Below are positions 21,413 through 31,659 of a DNA stretch of 64,000 nucleotides, piece by piece. The notes under the pieces are model-generated. The model was not told the DNA's origin. It did not search any database and was given only the letters and a program-made list of their open reading frames with translations. The stretch spans positions 544,001 through 608,000 of the forward strand of contig CAWFAK010000009.1 in the NCBI GenBank assembly GCA_963813715.1, given 5' to 3'. Position numbers and translations under genes: made by a program. The DNA comes from an uncultured Planctomycetaceae bacterium (GTDB lineage Bacteria; Planctomycetota; Planctomycetia; Planctomycetales; Planctomycetaceae). The first letter of the stretch is position 1, and each line of letters begins with the position of its first letter.

Positions 21413-22633
21413 CTAGACCCGCGGCAACGCATCGTCTCTCTCTGACCAACGCCGCGACCAACGGCGATAAAAGTAGACCCCAATCCACGCCAGCAGCGGA
21501 AATACCCTCAAGAACTGGCCTAGCCCAGCATCGTTGGGCCGGGTAAAGGTCCAGGTCGCCGCCAGATCGTGGTCCGGCAAGTTCCAGATCCTAACCGTTC
21601 CGTCGTTTGAGCCGGCGGCCACCCGCCGACCATCGGGACTGAACTGCACCGTCTCGACCGCCGGCACGTCGAAATGGACTTCCGTCTTTTTTCGTTGCGG
21701 CAAATCCCACAGCGTAAGCCCGTCGAAGCGACCGCTTGCGAGCTGTTTCCCGTCGGGCGAAACGGCGATCGCCAGCACCAGCCGCTCGGGCAGCACGGCG
21801 ACGACCTTGCGACTTTGCAGGTCGACGATTTGGATCGTTTTATCGTTGGCGGCCACGAGCGTCTTTCCGTCAGGCAGCCAGGCGAGCGCCGTGACGTTCG
21901 GGGCCAGATCGCCGTTGTCGGGCGGCTCGGGAGCTTCGATCCGCTCCAGCAGTTTTCCAGCAGCCGAGTCCCACACTTCGAGGTCAAGCGTGCCCAATCC
22001 GCCGACGGCAAATCGCGAACCGTCGGGCGCGGGAACCAGCGTCTGCACGTTCGGGCCCACTTGCAGCCCGCGCAGCGGCGCATCGGAACCGAATTCGCCC
22101 AAATAGACGAACTGACGAAGCGCCAGCGCGTAACGATTGCCTTGCGACAGCGAGGCCAGAGTGCGGAAATGCAGGCGCTCCGATTTTGGATTCGACAGTA
22201 GCCGCCGTTGGGCCGTGTCCCAAAAAAACAACCCGCCATCGAAGCCCGCCGAGAGCAGCTGGCGACCATCGGCCGAGAATGCGACGGATTGTCCGATCAA
22301 CACTTCCGGCAGGATGTTGAAGATGCCCGGACGACCGACGCGTCCCAGAACGGTCGCCCGTTCCAGGTCGGTGACCGAGGCCAGCACGGCCGTATGAAAC
22401 AGGTCGGAAAGATACCAACGCTCGCGGAGCGCGCGAAACCGGCCGCTATAGACGCCGATCGCCAACTGTTTGCCGTTCGGAGAGAAGGCCAGCCCGCTCA
22501 CCGACTGCCACGTCGACCCGCGGTTTTGCGGCCAGAGAAGGAACGCCAGGCTGACGACCAAGCCCACCGCCATCGCCGACTGCCCGGGCGAGAGGTCCCT
22601 TAACCTATTTTTCACGGCCGCGAGGAGATCCAC
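21413..22633 (-). CDS. WD40-repeat beta-propeller protein with N- and C-terminal TM segments
   Basis: LAFSPNGKQLA, VAFSADGRQLLSAGFDGGLFFWD, VQFSPDGRRVAAGSNDGTVRIWN; start approximate (GTG 22633). Confidence 0.88.
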   Translation of the reverse strand: MDLLAAVKNRLRDLSPGQSAMAVGLVVSLAFLLWPQNRGSTWQSVSGLAFSPNGKQLAIGVYSGRFRALRERWYLSDLFHTAVLASVTDLERATVLGRVGRPGIFNILPEVLIGQSVAFSADGRQLLSAGFDGGLFFWDTAQRRLLSNPKSERLHFRTLASLSQGNRYALALRQFVYLGEFGSDAPLRGLQVGPNVQTLVPAPDGSRFAVGGLGTLDLEVWDSAAGKLLERIEAPEPPDNGDLAPNVTALAWLPDGKTLVAANDKTIQIVDLQSRKVVAVLPERLVLAIAVSPDGKQLASGRFDGLTLWDLPQRKKTEVHFDVPAVETVQFSPDGRRVAAGSNDGTVRIWNLPDHDLAATWTFTRPNDAGLGQFLRVFPLLAWIGVYFYRRWSRRWSERDDALPRV

Positions 22634-22896
22634 TGCGATGCCTCGGCACGCCAGCAGGGTTTTCTTAGACTCTACCCACGGTACACTAAGGGCGCCCGCG
22701 AGGATATTTCGGGCAGCTGCCAGTGGAGCCAGCGCCAGCGGAGCCAGCCAATGGGGGCCAGCAGGAACTGACGGAGGGCTGCCGAGGCGTGCCGTGAAAC
22801 CGTCCACGGGCTGCGAGGGAGTTCCACCTCGGCTGGTGAAACCGTTCACAAAAGCGCCGCGCCGGACCGCGGTGTGATTTCGGACGCGGATCGACG

Positions 22897-23172
22897 ATGG
22901 TGAACAAGAAATCAGACGAACTGGCAGTCGGAGCCAACGTCCGCGTGAAGGCGGGCACAACGATGCCTGAATTCCCGGACGTCGCCTGCGGTGGCTGGAC
23001 AGGCAAGATCGTCGAAACGTCGGGCAAGAAGCCCAATACCAAGTACTTCGTCGAATGGGACGAAGCCACTCTGGGAAGCATGCCGGAGTCGTATCTGAAG
23101 CTCTGCGAAGCGCAGGGACTCTATCATCGCATGGCCTGCCTCGACGGCTCGGTCCTTGAACCCGCGGGCTGA
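22897..23172 (+). CDS. Small hypothetical protein, probable SH3/KOW-like beta barrel
   Basis: VGANVRVK...GWTGKIVE...YFVEWD pattern; codon usage matches neighbouring genes. Confidence 0.65.
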   Translation: MVNKKSDELAVGANVRVKAGTTMPEFPDVACGGWTGKIVETSGKKPNTKYFVEWDEATLGSMPESYLKLCEAQGLYHRMACLDGSVLEPAG

Positions 23173-23520
23173 CGTCCCCGCTTGATTGCGGCGTCCGGCG
23201 TCTATTGCAATTCGTGCCGAGCGCGTTTTCTTCGGACTCGCTGCGCACCCAGATCCTGCCGCACCGACTCTTCCGGCACGTTGACCTCCATTGAGGGTAT
23301 TTCCCAGCTCTCAACGAACCGGTCATTCCAATCTTCACGAACAAATCACTTTTGCGGCGGCGCCTTTTGCGCCGTTTATCCGTGAGAACCGACGCAAGCT
23401 GCAGCAGGGCGGTCAGGAACGAGTCACCGCTGCAAGTTCACAACGCCGACAGAATAAAGAAGCCTTATATTCTCAGCGGCAAGCCATACCTTCTGGCAAA
23501 CCAGAACGTCTGAGGGATGT

Positions 23521-24434
23521 ATGATCGACTGGAAGCATCTGCGGGCGCAGGTGATGGGGAAAACGGACAAACCGCCCCTCCCGCCCAGACTCGAAGTTCC
23601 GAAACTGCCTCAGACCGTCTCGGCCGTTTGCGAGCGCGCCAGCGCCCCGACTGCACGGCGGCCGACCTGTGTGAAGTGCTCGAGCAAGATCCGGCAATCA
23701 CCGTCGACCTGCTCAAACACGTGAACTCCGCAGCGAGCGGCCTGCGCACCAAGGCGGCCACCGTTCGCCAGGCCGTGGCGCTCTTGGGCGTCAAAAACAC
23801 GCGGCTGTTTGTGACCACCACGGTCCTCGAACAGCAGATGCGGAATACGAAGTCGCCGCTGATCCTCGGGCATTTGTTCTGTCTTTCGGCGTTAGAGCGG
23901 GCATTTTTCGCGCGAGAGATCGCCAAAGCGACCAATCGCGACACGGATCTGGCATTCGCGGGGGCGCTGATTCAGGACTTCATTCTGCCCTCGTTCACGA
24001 AGCAACACGTGACCGAATACGCCTCGTTCATGAAGCAGCTCTCCGCAGGCGAGGCCGAACTTCCCGATCTGGAAAGCGCTCATTTCGGCTGCACGCACGC
24101 CGACTGTGCTGCCTTCCTGATGCTCAATTGGGGCTTTCCGGACGACCTGATCTGCTGCGCGCTTTTGCATCATCGCCCCGTGCAAATCTGGGCGCTCGAG
24201 CCGTTGCGGCATACGGCCCTCCCCGCGCTGGCCGCCACCTCGTGGCTGCCGTCGGTGCTGGCTCCGTCGACCGCCCATTTGCCCAAGCTCTGCCAATACG
24301 TCGCTGACAACTTCAAACTCGATATTGCCGTCCTCGCCCAATCGGTCGATGAGCAGCTCCGCCACCAGGTTCCCAATTTGGGCACGTACGTGACCCTGCA
24401 CCAGCATCTGGCCAGTTCCGCCGTCAGCGTGTGA
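23521..24434 (+). CDS. HDOD-domain protein (frameshift at about 23645)
   Basis: N-terminal PKLPQTV in the 23521 frame, then DPAITVDLLKHVNSA...VRQAVALLG, AFAGALIQD and E..HFGCTHA...WGFP in the 23517 frame. Confidence 0.85.
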
Positions 24435-24488
24435 ATCGCAAAACGCGCGTGTGAAGCCTGAGCGCGTCTGAGTAGTGAGCCGTGTGAG

Positions 24489-25784
24489 ATGACCGCGAAC
24501 AGCCAGACAATCACGTTTTCCATCGACCGACTCTGCTCCGGGACCACATTGCCCGGCCCGATTTACGAAGACACTGACAGCGGCGTGCTGTTGTTGCAGG
24601 CGGGGGTCTGCGTCTCCGAGGAGCAGATCGATCAGCTCAAGAACCGCGGCATCAAGCAAATCCGTATCGAGAAGCGGTTTGCCGATTCACTGTTTTCCTC
24701 CGCGCCGCGACGCGCCGGCAACCGGCCGATTCGCCAGCGCAACCCGACGACGCCGCAGGCCCAGCGGGCCGAGAAGAGCGCGCCGCCGATCTGCCGCCCG
24801 GAGCCGAAAACGACCTGGTCCGCGCAAGGATCGCAGTCGGTCGCCAAGCTGCGCAGCGCGCAATCGGAACGCCTCTCCAACGTTTACACGCTCCTGGAAA
24901 CCCAGGGCGGCATCGATGCCGACATTCTCGACGAGATCGGCCAGGAATCGATCGACCAGCTGTCCGTCGACATGGACCTGTTCATCAAGGCCTCGATCGA
25001 GCCGCAGCTCAGCGAGGCGGCGTCCGAGCACTGCGTGCGGGTCGCCCAGCTGGCGGTCGCGGTGGGCGCCGTGGCCGGCCATACGCGGGAAGAACTCCGC
25101 TGGCTAGCTATGGGATGCCTGGTTTCTCGTTGCTGCGCGACGGAATCCGCGCGAGAGCTGTCGGAAGAGCCGCGGCGCCTCACTGAGGTGGAATTCGCCG
25201 AGATCAAGCGGACGCCCGGACGCGTCTTCGATATGCTGTCAACGATCGACTTCCCCCTCGTGGCCCGGACCGTTGCGTACCAAATTCACGAACGCTGGAA
25301 CGGCACCGGCTACCCGCGACGCAAAGCCGGCAACCAGATTCACGTGCTGGCCCGCGTCGCTGGCGTCTGTGACGCTTACGTTTCGCTCAGCTCGCCCCGA
25401 CCGCACCGGCCGGCCTTCTCGCTCTATGCGGCCGTCGTGCAAATTCTGGCCGACGCGCGGGCCGGCCTGTTCGACCCGCAAACGATCCGGCACTTCCTGC
25501 GGACCGTCTCGCTCTATCCGATTGGGGCCTACGTCCGGTTGAGCACGGGCCAGATCGGCCGCGTCGTGCGGACGAGCCCGGATGCGTACGATCGCCCGTC
25601 GGTCGAAATCGTCGGCGAATCCCCGCACCGTATCATCGCCCTGACGGAGTCGCCGGACGTGCAGGTCGTCGAGGTAATCGATCCCGAGCAAGCCGCCGAG
25701 GAGATCTTCGTTCCTCAGGAGGGACAGCTCGATTCGGACCAGATCAATTTCCTGCTCGGCGTTCCCAGCACGCAGGAAATCTGA
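24489..25784 (+). CDS. HD-GYP domain protein, degenerate active site
   Basis: EHCVRVA, HERWNGTGYP, ARVAGVCDAY, SPRPHRPA, GLFDP, SLYPIGAYVRLSTGQIGRV. Confidence 0.88.
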   Translation: MTANSQTITFSIDRLCSGTTLPGPIYEDTDSGVLLLQAGVCVSEEQIDQLKNRGIKQIRIEKRFADSLFSSAPRRAGNRPIRQRNPTTPQAQRAEKSAPPICRPEPKTTWSAQGSQSVAKLRSAQSERLSNVYTLLETQGGIDADILDEIGQESIDQLSVDMDLFIKASIEPQLSEAASEHCVRVAQLAVAVGAVAGHTREELRWLAMGCLVSRCCATESARELSEEPRRLTEVEFAEIKRTPGRVFDMLSTIDFPLVARTVAYQIHERWNGTGYPRRKAGNQIHVLARVAGVCDAYVSLSSPRPHRPAFSLYAAVVQILADARAGLFDPQTIRHFLRTVSLYPIGAYVRLSTGQIGRVVRTSPDAYDRPSVEIVGESPHRIIALTESPDVQVVEVIDPEQAAEEIFVPQEGQLDSDQINFLLGVPSTQEI

Positions 25785-25837
25785 GCTCCGCCTCAGAAGC
25801 CGCGCCGCGCGTTTTCGCGTGCGGCGATCCTCGACAG

Positions 25838-26767
25838 TCACTTCGCTTCGCGGAACCGCTGCCAGGCCAGCCCCGGGCGATCAACGCGGAACGTCACGAG
25901 CCGCGTGTGCTCGACTTCCGTCACGTAGACGTTGCGACCGTCGGGCCCGCCGAAGCACAGATTGCTGGGCCGCTTGCCCAACACGTCGATCTCGCGCAGA
26001 ACCTCCCCCTGCGGCGTCATCTTGATGACGGTGCCGTTCCCGTAGCGGCAAATGTAGAGATTGCCGTCGACGTCGCAACGCATACCGTCGAACCCGTGAT
26101 TGGTGATGCGGCGAATCAAGCGGCGGTCGGCCAGCGACTTGTCCGCGCGAATCGTGAACCGCCAGATGTTCTTTTGATCGCTCTCGTTCACGTAGAGCGT
26201 CTTGCCGTCGGGACTCACCTCGATGCCGTTGGACGTTCCCTGATTGTCGGCCGCGAGGGTGATGCGGCCATCCGGGTCGATCCTCCAGACGCGTCCCGTC
26301 TTGGCCTTCCAGTTCGGATCGCTGGCGAAGATCGTCCCGTCGGGCGCGATCGCCAGGTCGTTCGGCTGAGCCATGCGGGGCTCATGAGCGAGCACGCGAA
26401 TGGCCCGTGTGGCCGGATCGATGGTGAGCACGTTGTGCCCGGTGTAGTCGGCCACGAACATCGTTCCTTTGCGGTCGAAGACGATGCCGTTGCCGTCGCT
26501 GCCCTTCGGCAAGGTGACGTAAACTTCGCCGCGTCCCTCGGGCGTGACGATGCCGATCGTACCCTCGGTGCGAAAGTTGACGGCGTAGATGTTGCCCCGC
26601 GCGTCGCAATTGGGCCCCTCGATGCCGATGGTGAATTCTCCCGGCTGCGTGAGCGGCCGCGAGACAAAGAGCGACTCGCTCGACGGTTCAGCCGCGGTGC
26701 CAAAGCGAGCTGCGCTCGTCACGAGTCCCACGAACAGTGATCCCAAAAGTAGAATTCGCGGGTTCAT
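25838..26767 (-). CDS. SMP-30/gluconolactonase family beta-propeller, secreted
   Basis: Signal peptide; IEGP, QPNDLAIAPDGTIFASDP, NGIEVSPDGKTLYV, DGMRCDVDGNLY, PSNLCFGG. Confidence 0.92.
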   Translation of the reverse strand: MNPRILLLGSLFVGLVTSAARFGTAAEPSSESLFVSRPLTQPGEFTIGIEGPNCDARGNIYAVNFRTEGTIGIVTPEGRGEVYVTLPKGSDGNGIVFDRKGTMFVADYTGHNVLTIDPATRAIRVLAHEPRMAQPNDLAIAPDGTIFASDPNWKAKTGRVWRIDPDGRITLAADNQGTSNGIEVSPDGKTLYVNESDQKNIWRFTIRADKSLADRRLIRRITNHGFDGMRCDVDGNLYICRYGNGTVIKMTPQGEVLREIDVLGKRPSNLCFGGPDGRNVYVTEVEHTRLVTFRVDRPGLAWQRFREAK

Positions 26768-26818
26768 TTCGGGAGGTCCATCGCTGGAGGTGCGGAGGCG
26801 GCTGAGGCACGGGGGAGG

Positions 26819-27763
26819 TCAGGACTGGTCCATCTCTTCGTCGCTGATCAGCGGGATGGTCGGATAGCTCGGCTTGGCTTCGCTTTCCGGCTGCGCCGTC
26901 GAGGCGGTTTCGGCCACCTTCAGGAAATCGGGGGGGATCGCGGGCGTTTCCATGCCGCGCTCGCCGTAATAGAACTTTCGCCAGACCAACCGATCGCCGA
27001 CGCCGATGATCAGCGATTTGCGAAACAGTCGCAGCGAGGGATATCGCGTACGATTGAGATGCTCGCGACAACGACGGAAACGGATCGCCACCACCGTTTC
27101 CCCCTGCAGTTGATAGCCCACCAGGAAGCCGACAAATAGGCCCAGTGGGACCAGCCAGCGCCCTTCGATGTCCCACAAAAACAACCAACCAATGCAGGCA
27201 AAGACCAGCCCGAGGATTGGTGCCCACAGCGCCCAGGTGAGATCCGGCACGCTGCGATGCTCGCTGTTCCATTCGCATTGAGTTTCGTTGCCGCAAACGA
27301 CGCAGCAGTCGGGCAGTTCGGCTGTCCAGCGATCGCCGTAGAGATAAACGTGATCGTTGTGATCCTCGGACGAGACCCGTAGCTCCTTGCGCTCACCGTG
27401 GTCCTGGAGAAAGGTCAGGTATTCGGTCGCCTGCGTCCGCAACTCGGCCCGGTTCGCCCAGTAGAATTTGGCGACGCGTTTGAGATGCTCCCAGGTCGCC
27501 AGGGCCGCCGTGCGGATCATTCGCAGGGCACGGTCGAGCCAGCGCTTCCAAGCCTCGGTCGAATTGGTTCCCGCTGTCGGTCCCTCAGGGAACAGGGGCG
27601 GCTCGAAGGCCGTGGCCGCCAGCCAGGCCTGCCCATCGAGGGACACCTGGTCACCAGGCCGCAACCGGCCGTCGCGGGCGAATTCACGAAGTTGGTCAAC
27701 GGGGAAAGGTCCCTGGACGTCGCGCAGCGCACGGGGATCCCGGTAGTAAACGTCGCCGGACAT
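26819..27763 (-). CDS. GYF_2/DUF4339-like N-terminal domain membrane protein
   Basis: YYR......GPFPVDQLREFARDGRLRPGDQVSLDG..W; LPDCCVVCG, two TM helices, then CREH. Confidence 0.7.
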   Translation of the reverse strand: MSGDVYYRDPRALRDVQGPFPVDQLREFARDGRLRPGDQVSLDGQAWLAATAFEPPLFPEGPTAGTNSTEAWKRWLDRALRMIRTAALATWEHLKRVAKFYWANRAELRTQATEYLTFLQDHGERKELRVSSEDHNDHVYLYGDRWTAELPDCCVVCGNETQCEWNSEHRSVPDLTWALWAPILGLVFACIGWLFLWDIEGRWLVPLGLFVGFLVGYQLQGETVVAIRFRRCREHLNRTRYPSLRLFRKSLIIGVGDRLVWRKFYYGERGMETPAIPPDFLKVAETASTAQPESEAKPSYPTIPLISDEEMDQS

Positions 27764-27921
27764 ACCGGTCGTTTGTACCAAGCTGCGCGAAGCGATAGAA
27801 GCCAGCGGCGGATCGAGCCGCGGCAGAATCCCTAAACCCGAAGGTGCAAGCGGCAAGTCGCGCAAACAGAAAGAAGGCGGACTCAAACCAGAGACGATTC
27901 AGGCGGCGGCCGGCGACGCGG

Positions 27922-28902
27922 TCACTTTGTGATCGCTTCCTTCGGAGCAACGGGGCGCATCTTTCCGACGCGGATGTTTAGCGGGATCGGGTCGGGAGCC
28001 GCGTTAACGGCGGGTACGCGGACGGCGCGTCGCAACACTTTGCCATCGAGCACGATCCCGTTCCCACCGGCGAAGCCCGGCGCCTGCTGGAGTTTTCGCT
28101 GCATGATCCGCCACTGCCACGGCTCAAAGATCGGCTGCAGCTTTTCTTGAGGGATCGAGCGCATTCGCGCATACACCACATTGAAATATGCGGCCGGATA
28201 CGGGCGATCCTCGAACCGGGCGGGCCGCGTCTCTTTGAGCAGCAGGTCTTCCAGACCCTTCCATTGTTCGTCGCTCAAGCCCAGGGCCGTCGACAGTCGC
28301 AACACGGTCATGTGAACTCCCGCCCGATGCTGAAAATCGCGGCGTTCGACCTCGACGCGATCGAGACTCGCGATTTGTTCTGGGCTGAGGATGCTGGCGA
28401 GGGTTTTGGCGAAGAGCGAGTCGCCGGCAAACAACGCACCGCCGCTGAGCGCCGCCTGAAACGGCTGCGTCTCCTGCCGAACCCGACGCCATTCGTCGAT
28501 CGTAATTCGTCCACCCCGATAGTGTGATTTGAACTGCTCGACCCGGTCGACAAGCCGCCGGATGTCCCCCTGGCCGGCCAGCAACAGTTTTTGCTTTTGG
28601 TTTTCGGGTATCCCGAAGCTTCGTCCAAGCGAGTCCACCTTCATGCGCAGTTGCGATTCGAGCCTTTCTTGCGGCGACCCGCCTCCCTCGTCGTTTCGGT
28701 AAACCCAATTGTCAATCATCGCCCCGATGTTGGGGACGTTGATCGACCGCTGTTCGTTCGCCGCCGGCTGCCGGGATTTGTCGACTAAATCATCGTCGTC
28801 ACCCGCGTGGGCGGGATTTGCTGCGAGCGCCAGCACGAGCAGCCACGCCGGCAGAGTCGTGCGTCCCCAACTCGTCACAGCGATCCTGGGTCCCGTTGGC
28901 AT
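27922..28902 (-). CDS. Secreted helical hypothetical protein with LS/TxxQ-type motifs
   Basis: Signal peptide ending AHA; QKQKLLLAGQGDI, ILSPEQ, LGLSDEQ. Confidence 0.7.
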   Translation of the reverse strand: MPTGPRIAVTSWGRTTLPAWLLVLALAANPAHAGDDDDLVDKSRQPAANEQRSINVPNIGAMIDNWVYRNDEGGGSPQERLESQLRMKVDSLGRSFGIPENQKQKLLLAGQGDIRRLVDRVEQFKSHYRGGRITIDEWRRVRQETQPFQAALSGGALFAGDSLFAKTLASILSPEQIASLDRVEVERRDFQHRAGVHMTVLRLSTALGLSDEQWKGLEDLLLKETRPARFEDRPYPAAYFNVVYARMRSIPQEKLQPIFEPWQWRIMQRKLQQAPGFAGGNGIVLDGKVLRRAVRVPAVNAAPDPIPLNIRVGKMRPVAPKEAITK

Positions 28903-28911
28903 GCCGGCCTC

Positions 28912-29944
28912 CTAGTCGCCGTCGTCCGGCTCGTCAATCGGCGTCCCGACGGACCCGATTCGTCCGGCATTAAATCGCGGATGCGGATCGCGACTCTTGA
29001 GGATCTCCCCCCAACGCTTCGACCTGTTCGCGATCCAACAGCGGCACGATCAGGGAATCGGGAACCGGCGGAACTTCGCGGCCCCCATCCCGCACCGCTA
29101 ATTCGATCATCTGGCTCCAAGCCGGTTCCCACTTGGGAACGAGTCTCGCCACCATGACCCGGCGCTGCGTTTCAGTGAGCGCGAGATCCTGATCAATGAA
29201 AGTCACAAACGTCCAAACGCAGGCCTCGCGTTCGTTCCCCCGTCGTTTGACGACCTCGCGGTGATAACGATCGGCGTCTGCGGGCGACAGGTGCTTCGTC
29301 ACGCATTCGGCCAGCTCGTTCGGAACCGCGTCGCACGACGCATCCGTCGCCCCAGTGGCCGCCCGTTCGAGGCACTGCACCAGATCCTTCTCCATCTCCC
29401 GCAGCTGTGCCTTCGTCGGAGCGCAGGCCTTCTTGACAAAAAGCAACTCCACAGTGACCATGGGCCGCCACTCAAGGCCCTGATCGGGCGCGTTTTGCGC
29501 GGCGAACGGGTCTTGCACCCGCCTAACCCTCGGCACGACCGGCCGGGGTCGGAATGCGGGAGCGCCGGGCGGCTCGCGGTCGGTGATGAGTACGATGCCG
29601 TTAAAGACCCGCGGCGCGAGCTTCAGGCGCCCCAGGATGTGCGTCAAGGCCTGACCGAGCGGAACGCCCTCGAGGTTCGCCGAGATCGGCGTCGTCGGCG
29701 CGACTTTGGACCGCTTCAGTCCGGCATCGTCGAGACGGACAGGGATCCGGTATTTCTGCGCGAGGAGTCGGGCGAATTCCGTCAGCGGCAGATTTTGGAC
29801 CTTGAGGTCGGTCTTCGCTTCCAACACGGCGACTGCCTGCGGACGGTCTAATTGCACTGCCGACAGCTGGGCAGGGAGCGAAACGGCCGTCGCCGTCAGC
29901 GCGACCAGTAAGAAGGCAGCGGGCAGAAGCAGGAGTCGGTTCAT
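28912..29944 (-). CDS. Secreted hypothetical protein: STN-like domain plus helical domain (probable frameshift at about 29015)
   Basis: Signal peptide; PLTEFARLLAQKYRIPVRLD...PISANLEGVPLGQALTHIL...GIVLIT resembles STN-like domains; shifted frame ends at TAG 28912, 9 nt before the next start. Confidence 0.65.
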
Positions 29945-30093
29945 GGCGCTTCCGTACTCCTCGGAAATGCCAAAACACGCCGTGCGTTGCTGCCTAGACC
30001 TTACCAGATGCGGGTCGGCAATTCGACATTTTTCTTGCCCAGCCTGAGCGGCTGCTTACGCGATCAATCCGCCTGGTTATGCGATCACTCCGT

Positions 30094-31579
30094 TCAGTGC
30101 GGGAGCGACTCGAACGGGTCGCCTTTGCTCGAACCGGAGCCGTCGGCACTGGGGATGGCGGAAGTCGGCCGCGTGGGAGGCGGCGAGCCGGCGGCCGCAG
30201 GCGCTTCGAGGAACGGATCGTCGGCGTCGGCGCTCCGCAACGGAGGCGGTGAGGACGCGGGCGAAGGGGAGCTCGACGGCAGCGAGTTGAGTGCCTGAGA
30301 GTTAAGTGGCGGCGAGTTGTGCGGTTGGAAGTTGGGCGACGACCGCGGACTCGCGTCGAACGAACCGAGTTGCACGTGGCCTGCGCCGGACGAACCGCTC
30401 GGCGTTGTCGGAATCGGCTGATTCCATTCGGCGCTATCGCCGTCAAGTCGCGAGCCCGCACCGTTGCCGGGCCCCAGCGTAGCGCGACCGGGCGGCGATA
30501 GCGGGGAAGGCGCCGAATTGGGACGGCGGATCGTTCGGCGCGAGCGGCGCAGAAGGCGGATTGGAGGAGGGCGTGCTCAAGTCGCCAACGTCCGACGACG
30601 CAGACTCGGACAAGGTGGGAGTCGCGCGGCCCCGGCCTGCCGTCGCGCCAGCGAACTGTGCTCGTTTGCGGTTCATCGCGCCGATGTCGAAGGCCGGGTA
30701 GTAGGGTTTGCGCGGAACCTGCCAGTTCCGCGGCGGAATGGTCGTCGGGTTGACCTCGATCTCCGTAATTTCGAGCTTGATCTTCAATTGAGCCTGCGGC
30801 CATTCCAGCGCAATGACATGGGGCATCACGATTCCGGTGGCCCGGTCGCGAATATGCTGATCGAGAGTCGCCCGCGCGATCAGGAGGCCGTTCATGTCAA
30901 CCAGGCTATGGCTCAGCACGAGGCCGCGGCGCAGGTCGACGCGGATCACTTTCTTGACCATTTGGCCGGACGGGGAGAGCCGCTCGGAAATCAGGTTTAC
31001 GAACTGGCCGCCAGCTTCAGGATGTAGCGATACGTGCTGTGTGTCGATCGGCACGACGCCCAGCGCTTCCATCAGCCAATCGGGCTGAAACGGAATTTGC
31101 GAGAGCATCTGTGAATTGGGCACGTCTTCGTGTCGGGCCTGGTAGACGTAGCTCGGCTGGCCGTTCATGCTGCCGTGTTTGACCCAGAACCAAAACCACT
31201 CGGCGTTCGAGCCAAAATCGGCTTCTTCGTCCATGCGGAGGATGCCGGCGGTCAGGTGAAAGTTGCGGGGCCGCTCGACCGCGATTGTGCCTGTCAGATG
31301 CACGGGCAAGCTCTGGCCGGAAATGCGGACGTCATTGGAACGCCAGGCCGACACTCGTTCGATGTTGGCGTTAACCCGCCGCACGACCTCGTCGACCGAC
31401 GCGTTGGCCGGCAGCGGCGAACCGAAGTCTTGGTGAGTGAATTGGGCCTCGAAGTGGCAGCCGCTTGCGGTGACGAGCAGCAACAGGCCGGAGCAGACCG
31501 ACAGTCGCGACCGTGGTGCCCCACCGGACATCGCTGTTGCGGTTGAGCTGCCCCCACCCCCGATAGATTCGCGATCCAT
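30094..31579 (-). CDS. Putative lipoprotein with LolA-like beta domain and Ser/Pro-rich tail (frameshift at about 30475)
   Basis: Lipobox-like LLLLVTASGC; GTIAVERPRNFHL...FGSNAEWFWFW recalls LolA-fold proteins; tail continues into ORF 30094..30375. Confidence 0.6.
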
Positions 31580-31659
31580 CGCGTTGATTCCTGTCAGCCG
31601 CCGCAGCCTTAATTGGAGTCAGCGGTTATTTGCACTCAGCGTTTATTGGGTCTCAGCAG

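Noticed and set aside
20962..21546. ORFs 20776..21546 (+) and 20962..21483 (-) over the first ncRNA candidate
   Set aside because: Atypical composition, no motifs, and both run through the terminator hairpin.
22719..22762. CRISPR array
   Set aside because: Only two to three contiguous 15-bp units, no spacers and no cas genes.
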